Shown here piece after piece: positions 1 to 14,965 of a stretch of 64,000 bases of DNA (its first letter is position 1; every line of letters begins with the position of its first letter). The notes beneath the pieces were generated by a model. It saw only the letters and a program-made list of their open reading frames with translations, was not told where the DNA came from and did not search any database. The translations under genes were made by a program, and so were the position numbers. This stretch comes from the human T2T-CHM13v2.0 reference genome, Homo sapiens, in the NCBI RefSeq assembly GCF_009914755.1, contig NC_060926.1; one strand, written 5' to 3'.

Positions 1-412
1 GCCCAGAGGTTCTTGTGTTTTTACATTGGCATGAGCTTTAGTGGTCCTCATGGTCCTCATGAGCAGCTGCTTATTGATGAGCTTTTCACTGGCCATGTCT
101 TCCCTGCCTCACTTTCCCCCTTCTCTCCCAGGGTTTTCTGTGCTTTGTAAATATGTTGTCAGCATGGGAATTCTTGTCATTGTAAGACCCACCTTAAGAC
201 AATAGGCAAATTCTCATGTGTAGAGGTATCTTTATCTAAATTCTAGGGATTTCTTTTTTTACGGGTAGAAAAATTCAGAAAGTTAGGGAAACATTTAATT
301 TTCCTTTACCAATCTCTCTTAGATTGCAATTAAGTAGCAATTCTTTTCTTCTGGGTCCCAAAATCAGAATAGTCTCTAACAAATAGCTACACATGTGAGG
401 TCCACATTGGAG

Positions 413-436
413 CAGCAGCAGCAGCAGCAGCAGCAG
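413..436. repeat. (CAG)8 microsatellite
   Basis: Eight perfect CAG units read directly. Confidence 0.95.
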
Positions 437-663
437 AATCCTCCAGCCCAGGGAAACCCCAGACCAGAGGACCCTGACTCAGATCTCTCCAGCTCTCTTG
501 CTTTATAAAGATGTTGGTTGCCCACATTCTATCCTTCTTCCAGCTATGTGATTTTGGATTCTTGTTTAGAGAAGGACAGTTTGGGGCCAATAAGAATGAT
601 TGGTAGTGTGAGTAAAGCACTCCCCATCTCTTCTCAAAAAAAAAAAAAAAAAAAAAAAAAAAG

Positions 664-1400
664 ATGTTTGTGCCTAATCTGTGGAACCTATGAATGTTGC
701 CTTATATGGCAAAAGAAACTTGGCAGATGTGATTAAGCTAAAGATCTTGAGATGAGAAGATTATCTAGATGGGTCACATGTAATCACCAGTGTCCTTACA
801 AAACTGAGGCAGGAGGATCAGATTTGGGGAGGAGATTTGGCAAGGAAGAAAGACGCTGAGTGATGTAAGAGAAAGGCCAGGGGCCTGGAAAGACAGCAGC
901 TTCTAAAAGCTGGAAAAGGCCAGAGAAAAAGTTCTTTCCCCCAGCATCCATAGGGAAGCTTACTTTTAGCCCAGTGAGAGCTTCATTTATCCCAGTGAGA
1001 CCTGTGTGAGATTTCTCCCTTCCAGAACTGTAAAAGAATAAACTGATGCTGTTTGAAGCCAGCAAGGATGTGGAGATTTGATAGAGGAGCTACAGGAAAC
1101 ACACACAGGGAGAGAATGGCATTTGCCTCTCTGTTCTTGCCTCTTTCAGCTTCTGGTGGCTGCAGCTTTCCTTGGCTGCGGTCACATCACTCCCGTCTCT
1201 TTCTCTGTGGTCACACTGCCTTCTCTTCTGTCTGTGTTAAACTTCTCACATCCTCTCTTACAAGGACATTTGTGATTGCATTTAGAGCCATTATGGTTAA
1301 TCCAGATAGTCTCCCCATCTTAATATTATTAATTGACATCTGTGAAGTCTTTTTGCTCAATTTAGGTAACACTCACAGGTATCAAGGAACTAACTTATTA
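664..1400. mobile_element. Two MaLR (MLT1-type) LTR fragments, apparently in opposite orientation (~664-1100 +, ~1100-1400 -), preceded by an A-run
   Basis: MLT1-like phrases (ccttatatggcaaaag...gcagatgtgattaag...aagatcttgagatg; ctgtaaaagaataaa...gtttgaagcc; antisense cagcttctggtggctgc...tacaaggacatttgtgattgcatttag). Subfamily recognised from memory. Confidence 0.65.
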
Positions 1401-2127
1401 AAGTATCCAATCTTTCTGTGCATACATACACAATTTATCTCTCTCTTTCTCCCCATTCTCTCTCCTTTCCTCATGATCAAAAATCACTTCCTTAAGTAAA
1501 TCCAGTTCCACCTATGGCCAGGTCAGAGCAGCACACAGGGGAAGGCCTTGCTCAGGGTTTGCTTAGAGACCTGCTCTGCCCCCATTATCATGCGGAAGGA
1601 AGGACACAGCCACAGACAGCCCTCAACCATCTGGGAGAATCTGTCTCTACAGAGGAAAGTCATGGGCTAAGACCCTCCAGACCTGTGATTGTCTTCAGGG
1701 GCCTGTGGTCCTCAGCCCTCCCTCTGGATGTCTGATTGTCCTCGGGGATCTGTGGTCCTCAGCCCTCATGGAGGGTTTGTCTGGCCCCCGGTGGTCCACC
1801 TTGGCCTCTCATTTTACTCTTTGCACTCACCAAGGAAGTATATTTGCTGTGGGCTGAGTGAGGTGACAAAATAGGCCAAAGTATACAAATAGCTGTATTT
1901 TATAATTTTGTTTGTATTTTTCTCAATTAAATTTATGGGATATTTTGAAATGTTTTGCAAGGTGTCATATGAAAATCATTTTTTAGTCATATCTTGACTC
2001 AGTAGGTGGGATAAACCCTAATTCAGGGTTAATCTCTAACTGTCTTCACAATTTGGGACAAAAAAATCAAGTGTTGGCTCATCTGCCCCTCCCCTGGCCT
2101 CAGCTCCCACCCACTTCTTCCATCTGT

Positions 2128-2730
2128 CTTTTTTTTTTTTTTAATTATACTTTAAGTTCTAGGGTACATGTGCACAACGTGCAGGTTTGTTACATTTGTA
2201 TACATGCGCCATGTTGTGTGCTGCACCCGTTAACTCGTCATTTACATTAGGTATATCTCCTAATGCTATCCCTCCTCCCTCCCCCGCCCCCACGACAGAC
2301 CCCAGTGTGTGATGTTCCCCACCCTGTGTCCAAGTGTTCTCATTGTTCTATTCCCACCTATGAATGAGAACATGTGGTCTTTAGTTTTCTGTCCTTGTGA
2401 TAGTTTGCTCAGAATGGTGGTTTCCAGCTTCATCCATGTCGCTACAAAGGACATAAACTCATCCTTTTTTATGACTGCATAGTATTCCATGGTGTATATG
2501 TGCCACATTTTCTTAATCCAGTCTATCATTGATGGACATTTGGGTTGGGTCCAAGTCTTTGCTATTGTGAATAGTGCCACAATAAACATATGTGTGCATG
2601 TGTCTTTATAGCAGCATGATTTATAATCCTTTGGGTATATGCCCAGTAATGGGATGGCTGGGTCAAATGGTATTTCTAGTTCTAGATCCTTGAGGAATTG
2701 CCACACTGTCTTCCACAATGGTTGAACTAA
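2128..2730 (-). mobile_element. 5'-truncated L1PA 3' end (ORF2 C-terminus + 3'UTR + polyA)
   Basis: Minus-strand ORF 2266-2718 is the L1 ORF2 C-terminus (WQFLKDLELEIPFDPAIPLLGIYP...); T-run at 2128-2142. Confidence 0.95.
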
Positions 2731-3921
2731 GTAGTGGATTAAGCAGCTTGTTTTATTGACAACGTTCTCTTTTCTTTTATTCCTGTTTCATCCTCAGCCT
2801 TCAGAAAATAAAATAAAAATCATAATTCTCAGAGCTTTGTTTTTGTACTTTGTCTCGAGTTATAATTTGGTAGTATTTCCCAAGAGCATATAATAATTAT
2901 TGTATTCTAATTTATCAAATTTTATATAGAATATGATATATAATAACACATATTAATCACAACTATAGTAAATTTATTGACTCTTTAGTTAAAAGACAGT
3001 ATTATCAGATTATCTCAGGAGTCAGATAATAAATATTTAGGTTTGGTGAGGCAAGATGCAAAATTGAATATATTATGTGAGTACTTAGAGAAGAGAGAAA
3101 ACAAATTTCTGCAATGTCTATTAATGAACTCAGATGGAATGTAACCCAAAGAGCTTCTCAGCCTGTCCAGTGAACTGTCACTTACCACCAAATGCTCACA
3201 ATTTTAAGGAACACAAGGAAACCCCAAATTGAATTATTGTTTAGATCAGAAACATGAGCAGAGGTTTCCAAAATTATTAAAGTGAGAAAGGCCTGAGTCT
3301 GATTGAATGGATGTGTTGTGCAGGATGGGGTGGCATAGAAAGTAGGGCATCACCCAAGGAATTGTTCCTGGCCTGCTGGACAGCATTGTCGTCTGTTTGC
3401 AGGGAATGGAATTACACACACTGAAGGGTCTGAGCCCGGGGCCTGCTCATCTGTGCAGCCGTGATGATCATCACACCCACAGTGCTGGGCCTAATTGCGT
3501 GTTGCCCTTTAATAGTTTTTACAAAGAATGAGGAGGCTTCAGGGCTCATAGGAAAGATGGCTAAGCTGCAAAGGAAAAGTGTGTGTGGAAGATGAACTTC
3601 TGATGAACTAGTTTTCAGCCAGGTACATTCATGCACCAATGGAGATGACTCGGTTCTTTGGAGAAATAAGGAGAGGAAAAGAACCACAGGCTTCTATTTT
3701 ATTCCCAACAGGTTTGTACTAAATACCATCTGGCTGGGTCTAGGTGACTAGTGAGACGGGAAGAAACAGGGGCTATAGTCTGTGACCACAGGGAAGAAGT
3801 TCTACCATCAGGCTGAGCCAATGGACTTTTCTGGCCTGACCACCTGGGCAGGGGCTGCTGAGTGCAGAGAGGAGGAGGCAGGGGGTCTCTGCAGCTGGAA
3901 GCCCAGCACCCACTCCAACTA

Positions 3922-3929
3922 CTTTGCAT
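3922..3929 (+). promoter_or_regulatory. Variant octamer CTTTGCAT of the IGKV3-type promoter
   Basis: CTTTGCAT 100 nt upstream of ATG 4022, the usual position for a V-kappa octamer. Confidence 0.7.
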
Positions 3930-4021
3930 ATCCTTCCAGCCACTCTGCTGTCCAGAGCCCATATCAATGCCTGGGTCAGAGCTCTCGGAAAGAGCTGCTC
4001 GGTTAGGACCCAGAGGGAACC

Positions 4022-4554
4022 ATGGAAGTTCCAGCTCAGCTCCTCTCCTTTCTGGTACTCTGGCTCCCAGGTGAGGGGAACACGGGATGATTCTGCATGC
4101 CAGTGAAACTCTGTCAATGTTATTGGGTCCTGTGACCTGCTCAGCAAGAACAATAATTAATATTCAATGTACATCAATGATCCCAGCTGTACTGGGAAGA
4201 CAGTGGATTTGATCTAGATTGCACAATTGACTTTCCTGTTTTATTCCAATCTCAGATACCACTGGAGAAGTTGTGCTGACATGGTCCCCAATCACCCTGT
4301 GTTTGTCCCCAGGGGAAGGAGCCACCCTCACCTGAAAGGCCAGTCAGATCATTGACAACTATTCAGCCTGGGACCAGTAGAAACCTGTTCTGGTTCCCAG
4401 GCTCCTTATTTATAGGGCATCTACCAAGGCTACCAGCATCCCAGCCCGGTTCAGTGGTGGTGGGCCTGAGGCAGACTTTACCCCAACCATCAACAGCCTA
4501 GACCCTGAAGATGTCACAATTTTATTACCCTCATCAGTACAGCAGTGGGTGTCC
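4022..4554 (+). pseudogene. IGKV3D-34: IGKV3-family pseudogene (leader 4022-4070, exon 2 from 4256)
   Basis: Leader MEVPAQLLSFLVLWLP, GT-AG intron, V begins EVVLTWSP at 4267; first Cys codon replaced by TGA (4333-4335), TAG at 4378-4380, disrupted YYC region. Name from position upstream of IGKV1D-33. Confidence 0.85.
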
Positions 4555-4582
4555 CACAGTAATTCAACATGAAACAAAAACT
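4555..4582 (+). other. 12-RSS of IGKV3D-34 (CACAGTA-12-ACAAAAACT)
   Basis: Heptamer 4555-4561, spacer ATTCAACATGAA, nonamer 4574-4582. Confidence 0.9.
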
Positions 4583-5539
4583 TTCACAAAACCATTGATT
4601 TTTTTTTTCTAAAACCAGCAGCTTTATGGGCTGCAGCTATGATGGCTGCTCAGTTTTAGCAACTGTGCCTCTATTTGGAAATTTTGAAATTCTGAAAAGT
4701 AACTCGTTGTCAAGATGGTGACTCCAATGTCTGTATTTTTCTCAGACTTATTTACAGAGTTAGGTTTTGAATCAATTTTACTGCAAGGCCTTCAGACAGA
4801 CTCACCTGCATGGATGCCTTTAAAGACACAGGTGCCGCTGGGCACAGTGGCTCACTCTTTTTTTTTCCAATAGAGTAGAACAAACATAGCTTTTCATTTA
4901 ATAAATTTTCACTTAATGGCAGCATTTTCAGGAACAAGTAAAGGCCACCGAGTGAAGGTTAGGTGCACGTGAGTAAATAAGACAATTTTGGGTCCCAATT
5001 CAGTAGGGGAAAGAGCCATGAAGGAAGAATAACCACACAATAAAAGTGCGTAGAATAATTTCTGTAGTTGACAAATTGTGTAAAAAGCAGGAATGGTCTG
5101 TGGTATCTGGAGGCTGAGGCCATATATTTGTGCTGATCAGGGAAGGCCCCAGGGTCATACTGAAGATTCATCTGAGTGGTGAGGAGGCAGCCAGGTGACC
5201 ACAAAAACAGCAAAGACCACGGGATCATTATGGGAAGGGCAGGGACCAGTGTGTACTGAAAAAGTCAGCAAGTGCTAAACTAATCAGATGCCTTCTCTGA
5301 TTTTTATTCCCGTAAAGATAAAACTTACTGTAATATCTTACATCATACACCTTGGTCTGGGTCACTCCCATGGCATAGAATGTTCCCTGGTTCAGAAGTT
5401 GGAAGCCCAGGTCTTTCCTTTGTTGACAGTTTGCAGGCTCCCCAGAGCCCTTCCCTGCCACTCAAGCCCTTATCACTGGGTCAGTCTCTGTCTTTGAGTT
5501 GGGATCACCATAGGCAGGGGCAGCACTAGACACTGGACA

Positions 5540-6016
5540 TGGGGCTCTGGCCCTCTGGGTTCTAGTTCCCTGGTTTCAGCTAAGGGGGCTCCACATGACA
5601 GAGTTCATATGTCCCATAGGACAATGGCTCAGATTGAGGCCATTGTTCAGGGAGCCCAGCATTCACCTCCCACTTGATCAGCCAGCAGGACTCTGCTGGG
5701 AAGCCTATGGAGAGGGACATCATTAACTGGGGAAGATCTGTGTTTTGTTTCCACCTCAGATTCTACAGGCAACTATGTGGGCCCCAGTCTCCAGCTTCCC
5801 AATCAGTGTCTCCAAGAGGGACAGTTTCCATCACCAGCCTGGAAGCATCCAGGGAAGGTTCCTGAGATCCACCCATGTGCTCTGTCTACCTTGGCCATGG
5901 TCCACCCCAGCTTGGTACAGTGGTCCTGGGACACACCTTTGCTTAACAGTTAGAAGCTTGGGTGTCCCAGTGACATTACTGGTTATTACTGTCTACAACT
6001 GTGCTGTTCCACGTGG
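5540..6016 (+). pseudogene. Highly decayed V-kappa relic (unnamed)
   Basis: Pyrimidine-rich acceptor ...ccacctcAG (5758-59); FR1-like QSPASQSVSPRGTVSIT; FR3-like WYSGPGTHLCLTVRSL; TATTACTGTCTACAA (YYCLQ) at 5984; CDR1-FR2 largely missing. Confidence 0.6.
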
Positions 6017-7059
6017 GAAACACTAGCAGTGATAGCCACAGATGTGTCAATTAGAAATACTTAAAATTAGAAAAGTAGCTTCACAGTTACATCAGGTACA
6101 TTTCATGTACTCAGCAGCCACAAAGGACTAATGACTAGCCTATTGCACTTCATACATACAGACATTTTCATCATCTTAGAAAATGACTTTGCTTAGCACA
6201 GATGTAAATGATAACATCTGATTACTCGCAGTGCTATAGCTGAGAGCACAAACCTCAGCAGTTGTTCTTTTAGAAGATCAGGTGTCCCCGGATGCTTCCT
6301 CAGCTCGGAAAGCTACTGTGGTTCTCAGAGCTGCTCTGGAAGTGTTTCTGGGATGGGAGGAATGAGGCTGGGTTGACAGATCCAAACCAGGGGCCGTCAG
6401 CTTCTCACCCCAGTCCCTGCCATTATGCCCTACAGGGTCCTTTACAGCCCTCTCTTTTTTCCAAAACCACATCTTTGGCATGTCACATGGATCCCAGAAT
6501 CTAGCCACCCTAATTGTTTTGTGACAAATATTTTTCCTGCATACCGTTTGTCCTCAACTAGATGACTGGTTTATTGAGGGGAGGGGCCATTTCGTGTTTT
6601 CTACAAAATCTGTCCTAGTGATGGATGTCATAAGATCAACTCCATGAATACCCATGAAAAGATTTCATCCATAGTCAACGCTCACTGGACCCTAGTATCT
6701 AACATCCTGTAAGATGCTATGTTAGAAACTGGCCAATAGATGGCAGACAAACACCGTAATAAACAAAAGATAGACGTCTGATCTTAGAAGTAATGAGGAA
6801 GTAAAAGTGATCATGTCCCCTTATGGACAGGGAGGCCCTAAGGCGGGACTGGGGTCTCCTGTCTGACATGGTTCGCCTGGGAGGAGCTGCCAGTGTGCTT
6901 AGTGATGGGAAAATCCCCTGTGCTCTGAGACCGGAAGCCTCATCTTGCCCCTCCCTACTGCCTTGGCTGTGTCCCCAAAGCCCTCTTCTTACGGAAGGAA
7001 CTATGTTTCACAAATTCCTATTTGGAATCTCTTACCTCCAATATGGCTGCAGATGGAGA

Positions 7060-7370
7060 GAGAGCCTGCTAGGAGGTAACTAGGGTTAAAGAGGTGATCA
7101 GGGCAGGATCCTGACACCACGGGATTACTGTCCTTATAAAGAGAGACACTATAGAGCTTTCTCCCTCCCCTACCCTCCCTGCGTGCCCTGAGGGATGGTC
7201 ATGTGGGGACATGGCCAAAAGGTAACATCTGCAAATTAAAAAGAGAGTCCTCACCAGCAAGAAAACCTTTCTGGACCTTGAGCTTTGCCTTTCTAGGCTC
7301 CTAAACTGTTAGAAATAACATTTCTGTGGTTTAAGCCATCCAGTCACATCCATTTTGGTGTCACAATCCC
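7060..7370 (+). mobile_element. MaLR (MLT1A/MST-like) LTR fragment
   Basis: ggaggtaactagggttaaagaggtgatcagggcaggatcctga...gtccttataaagagagac...aataacatttctgtggtttaagccatcc. Confidence 0.7.
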
Positions 7371-7427
7371 TGCAAACACTCCACCCTACCTACCCTCTCT
7401 GAGTAGGATCAGTATCAGGAAGCCCTC

Positions 7428-8375
7428 GTGGACATGGGGCCCGCCTTTGCTCCTCTTCCTGCTGCTGTTCTGACTCTGATGAGGAGGGAGGACTGCGGCT
7501 TCATCCTCAGTTCGTTTGCATTAAGCAGAAAGATTTACTTGTTTTCAGCCTGTTTTGCTTTCTGATTGAAACTTAATCAAACTGAATGAACTACTTCTTT
7601 GGTATTAATATTTGGGAATGTTCATGTTTGTTTCCCACTTAGATGCCAGTGGCAACATCGTGTGGACCCTGTATCCAGCCCCTATCCCGGCGTCCCAAGT
7701 GAGAGGGTCACTTTCACCAGCAGGGCTGACCAGAGTATGAACAGCATCCTAGCTCAGTTCCAACGGAACCCAGGCCTGGCTCTGAGCTCCTGCTATCCCC
7801 TGGACACCATGCCTGCCCTGGTTAAGGGCCATGGGCTTGGACAGATGTCATTCTGACTATCAGCATCCAAGCTGCCTTCAGGGGCACATGCCCCCACCTC
7901 CCGTCATTACTGGTGCACAAACCTCGCCCCAGCTCCTGCTCTGCCTGGAGTGCTGCTGAAGATCTGGGGCCTTCTCAGTGGAGCAGAATGGGAGGCAGCT
8001 CTGAAATCTTAAACCCCCTTCTCCTCCCACTAGCTTCCCACCTTCCGTATGGGCACCTCCTGAGCATCTGATGAGCATCACAGAGTAGAGAATGTCAATG
8101 TGTTTTCTCCCACATCCTGCTCTGAATTTATAAGGCCAATTTATCCTCGCCTCACACATGAGCTGCCCTTGTCTTCAGGGATGTGATCCTTGTTTCTCTC
8201 ACATCCTGTCACAGTGTTGACAACCTAGTTTTGACTTCACTCCATGAATCCTTTTGGAAATATTATGGTCAACAAGTTGTCGTCCTTGAATAACACACAA
8301 TAAAAATAACAAATATTCAGAAGGTTTTGCATGGGGGAGAAATGTTTCATTGTGAACAGAGTTCCAGCAGCTGTG
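7428..8375 (+). pseudogene. V-kappa relic, copy 1 of a three-copy family (split by ~460 bp of extra sequence)
   Basis: IGKV1-like leader (GTGGACATGGGG...CTGCTGCTGTTCTGACTCTG), acceptor AG 7641-42, ATGCCAGTGGC then NIVWT; ERVTFTSRADQSMNSILAQFQRNPG; CDR3-like CATTGTGAACAGAGTTCCAGC at ~8348. Confidence 0.65.
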
Positions 8376-9514
8376 TGTGCCATAGAAGCTGGGCAGAGAG
8401 ATCCCATATGGCTCCAGTTAGAGGGGAGGCTGCCAACGAGCCATGGAGGGCTTTTGTCTTGTGACCACACCTGTAAGCCTTTCTTATAAGCCACATGTAG
8501 CCTAATTCTATGAGCCACATGTGCTGCTCTGTCCTACAGGGACCCCCAGGGGACAAAATGCCCATGCTGAGCTCTGGGTACAAAACATCCTTCTACCAGG
8601 AGCCGAGGCCCACTCCCTGCCTCCTCGGCACCTGCTGCTTTGTGTTCCCCAGACCCTTAGCAATCTTAGCAATCCTCAGCAATCCTCAGCATCCTTAGCA
8701 ATCTATGAGTCAGGGCTTGACCCAGAAAGGAAATGAAGTGAGTCCTGAGCCTCTGACCCTTGGGCTCTGTAGTGGGAAAGTGGCCATGGGGTGGGGCACT
8801 ATTGCTGGATTTTCTTGTTCATGCTCAATTTACCAAAGTTTAAAACCATGCCTTATAACAACAATTCATATTATATTTATTTACATGAAAAGTGCATATT
8901 ATATGTATTATATATGTATAAGATATACAAATATATTAATACAAATTACATCTGAAATAGCATAGAAATATATTTAATTTGTAAAGTGTGTTACAATTAC
9001 ATATATGCATATACAAATAATTTATGTTTATTTATTTAGCATGTGCTTCTTTTTCTTCTAACTATAACAGAGTCTGGCTGAGTAAAGACTCTGGAGACAT
9101 TTGATGACCCTCCCTCTTTGGCACTAGTAGGGTCCTGGCCACTCAGGACCAGTGAGGACAGAACTGAGGAAAGTCGACCTAGGATCCCAGGCCCTGCGCT
9201 ACGGCTTTGGTCTCTCAGACTTTTACCCTGGCTGAAGGGTTCCTGAAGGATTTGTTCCACATTGAACTGGGCTGACCAGCAAGAAGGAACTATGTGCATG
9301 CAGCCTATTTACACTGGGAGGGAAGAAGGAAAGTGTAGCAGGAAATAGAAGATGGGTGGCAAAAGTCTCCCCTAAAAGCCACTTAACTCTTAGGATGACT
9401 GAAGCTTCATCCCATGTGGAAATATCGGGACAATGCCTCTGGGCTATTCCATCTGAGGGGAGAGAGCTGGGGTATGTTATCATACTCCTGTTATCATCTA
9501 CTGATAGTGTCTCT

Positions 9515-10710
9515 CTTAGTCTGCTGTGTCTTGGTATAACAGAATGCCTGAAATTGTAACTGATAAAGAGCAGACAATTATTCTCTCACACTTCTGGAGG
9601 ATGGGAAGTCTAAGATCAAGGAACTGTCAGATTAGGAATCAGTTTATCTACTTTCAAGATGGCACTATGACTCCCGAGTCCTCCAGAAGGAAGGAAGTCC
9701 ATGTCCTAGCATGACTGAAGAGCAGAAAAGAGAGAGAGAGAAACCCTACTCCCACAAATGGGAAAGAGCAAGGACTCACTCTCAGGAGCCTGCAACCCCC
9801 ACACCCCAAGCATGGAAAGAATAGAAAATCTTGACTCTCTTCAAAGGAAATTCCAAGCACCTACCTAGCCTTAAGACGTAAGTAAGTAACGTGATAAGCA
9901 AGGAAGTAAAAACAGCCTAAAATGGCCAAATAAGCTAGACTCAGAAGATGGTGGGTTCCCCTATAGAAACTGAAGGTGACATTTTAGTATATGTCTCTGA
10001 GGTGTTTTTGAGGAAACAAGACCCCCTCCAAATGAATCTGCCAGCACATAGATCTCACAAAAGGGAGAACTGGGGACTGAGCTCTGACCATGGTACTTTG
10101 TTCTAAATATCTTACAGAGGGGTCTGGTAAAAGTCATATCCATAAACCTGAGCTAATTCGTCTCTTCTGCTGAACCCAAATGTTTAAACAAAGCTTTTCT
10201 TCCTTAGCCAATTGTAAATTAGAAATCTTGTAATCCACCCTTGATCTGTAAGCCCCTGTTTCAAGATATCCTGCCCTTTTAGGCCAAAACCAATATGTGA
10301 CCTCCATGTATTAATTTTCAATTTGACCTGTAACTTCTGCTTTCCTGAAATTTACTCCTGCCTTAAAAAACCCTTACCTGCAAGCCATCAGTGAGGCCAG
10401 GATTTGAATCTTAGCTGCCTGATTCTCTTTACCTGATGCCCTACAAAAAAACAAACAAACAAACAAACAAACCTTTACTTTCTCCTGCTGCAAACTCAGT
10501 GTGAATATCTGATCTGACTGAGCTGAGTGAGTGGACTCCAGTTCGGTTCCACAGCACAAGCTCTGTTTATAGTGGCATTTATCCACTCATGAGGGCAGAG
10601 CTCTCATGACTTCAACACTTCCCATTAGGCCCCACCTCCCAATTCTGTTGCTTTGAGATAAATTTAAAAACAGATGGGTTTTGAAGGACACAGTGAAACC
10701 ATAACACTGC
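9515..10710 (-). mobile_element. MST/MLT-type MaLR LTR split by a nested ERV-type solo LTR (9759-10556)
   Basis: MaLR sequence stops at ...ctcccacaaa (9758) and resumes at caagctctgtttatagtggcatt (10557); insert begins TG and ends CA, imperfect 4-bp TSD CAAA/CAAG. Confidence 0.65.
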
Positions 10711-11204
10711 CCAAAGAGAGGGCCATTCGAGCCCCTGTGGTCTGCTATGCATGCAGGCAGAGCTGCCTTCTCCAGGTTCAGAAAGAGCAATGAGGGGCAT
10801 AGATGGCCATTGGAAGTCAGCAGCAGTACAGCGAAAGGGAAAGGCATAGCCTGTAGACAGGGATTGCAATCTTGATATATTTTCTATTTAGTTTCCTTTC
10901 TAAAAACAGAATAATTTCATGCTAACAGAAGTGTTGTAAGTACAGCACAAAGTGCTTTCTTCCAATTAAGTGCATATTGTATTTTTTAAAAAATAATCTC
11001 CATCTCCATACACGAATAAAATACATTACTCCATCTAGTCCTCAGGAATATTTCAAATTTTGACAATTAACTCAAAAAAGTTCTTTGTAACCAAACAGCC
11101 TCCAGGAAGAAACACTTATTTACGGACAAATCTGTGATGCCCTGGTCCGACCTGGGACACTGGGGACATTGCTCCTATGCTGAGTTACTGAGAAGAGCCA
11201 GCCC

Positions 11205-11246
11205 TGCAGCTGTGCCCAGCCTGCCCTATCCCCTGCTGATTTGCAT
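11205..11246 (+). promoter_or_regulatory. IGKV1 promoter: pentadecamer TGCAGCTGTGCCCAG (11205-11219) and octamer ATTTGCAT (11239-11246)
   Basis: Canonical V-kappa promoter elements ~90-130 nt upstream of ATG 11334. Confidence 0.9.
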
Positions 11247-11333
11247 GTTCGCAGAGCACAGCCCCCTGCCCTGAAGACTTATTAATAGGCTGGTCGCACC
11301 CTGTGCAGGAGTCAGTCCCAACCAGGACACAGC

Positions 11334-11838
<505 letters not shown>

Positions 11839-12709
11839 ACCCAGGGGAGCAGATGCGTGAGGCTCAGCTGTCCCAGATGCCCCTTCTGGTGCCTTCGCCT
11901 GCTGAGAATGTTTCTCAAATTGCAGTCACACTTTGAAGTTCACTGGAGAGTTTTTGTAAAAGGGCCATGAAGGCCCACTTCATCGTAGCTGTCTTTCCTT
12001 GTCCTAATCCCCAGTATCATAGACAGGGCAATGCCTCTCCTGATTTCATTGAGAAGAAATGGTTACACCTGAGGGGTCTGAGTTGTAGCATCAGTTGGAA
12101 TTCATGTAGCAATAGTGAGCCACTCTAGGTATTCCAAGTAGGATTTTTTTTAAATACAAGATGTGAGAATCTAAACTACAGCCTTTTAAAGGTTTGCAAG
12201 TATAGTAGTCAAAGACGCAAATACTAGAGAAGAGGAATTCTCTTCTGGAATCCAGAATGCATCTGATAGAGAAGGTACAACTGCCAATCATGTGGTCCTC
12301 AGACCTTTCTGAGAAGCCCATGGGTGGGGGTGCAGATGCTCTCAGCTGCCTAGAGGACTTCATCAGGTGCTTCTGCAGTCCTCACCTCGGTCCATATGTC
12401 TTGCTGCAGGTGTTGATGGATAGTATTGAATCCTCCTCTTCTTACTTCTCAATCTCAGGGCAGGCCCCACACTGGGCAACTCCACCAAAAACCAGAGAAG
12501 GCATAGGGTTTCTGGCAAATGTGCTTCCAGAATAATAGTGATGATGGGGAAGTGACAGCTGACATCGTAGTGTGGTCATGTATCTCGACTCTCAGGATTT
12601 TTTCAGTGAAGTGATGGCCTCAGAATACACTTGGATGTACTTCCATATACTATGAGTAAGTTTGAAATCATAGCATGAAAATGATATTTAGTCATATGAT
12701 AAATAGAAC

Positions 12710-14430
<1,721 letters not shown>

Positions 14431-14432
14431 AC

Positions 14433-14965
14433 CATTACATATATATATAAACATTATATATATACACATTATATATATAAACATTATATATATACACATT
14501 ATATATATAAACATTATATATATACACATTATATATATAAACATTATATATATACACATTATATATATAAACATTATATATACACATTATATATATAAAC
14601 ATTATATATACACATTATATATATAAACATTATATATACAAATTATATATATAAACATTATATATACAAATTATATATATAAACATTATATATATACATT
14701 ATATATATAAACATTATATATATACATTATATATATAAACATTATATATATACATTATATATATAAACATTATATATATACATTATATATATAAACATTA
14801 TATATATACATTATATATATAAACGTTATATATATACATTATATATATAAACATTATATGTATACATTATATATATAAACATTATATATATATGTGTATG
14901 GTTGACTCATATACATATATATATATGTATATGGTTGACTCATATATATATATGTATATGTATAT
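14433..14965. repeat. AT-rich minisatellite, alternating CATTATATATATA(A/C)A units (~28-30 bp period)
   Basis: Direct reading; gives the periodic ORF MFIYIMCIYI. Confidence 0.95.

Noticed and set aside
387-620. ORF with a poly-Ala tract
   Set aside because: It is the (CAG)8 microsatellite read on the minus strand; no gene structure.
4838-4870. CACAGTG as a cryptic RSS (also 3478, 8210, 10689, 22719, 23148, 29044)
   Set aside because: No nonamer at 12 or 23 nt; several come from Alu 5' ends (GGGCACAGTGGCTCAC).
7895-7923. CACCTCC...GCACAAACC as the RSS of relic copy 1
   Set aside because: Poor heptamer, 13-nt spacer, and it lies inside the sequence interrupting the relic rather than after its CDR3 remnant.
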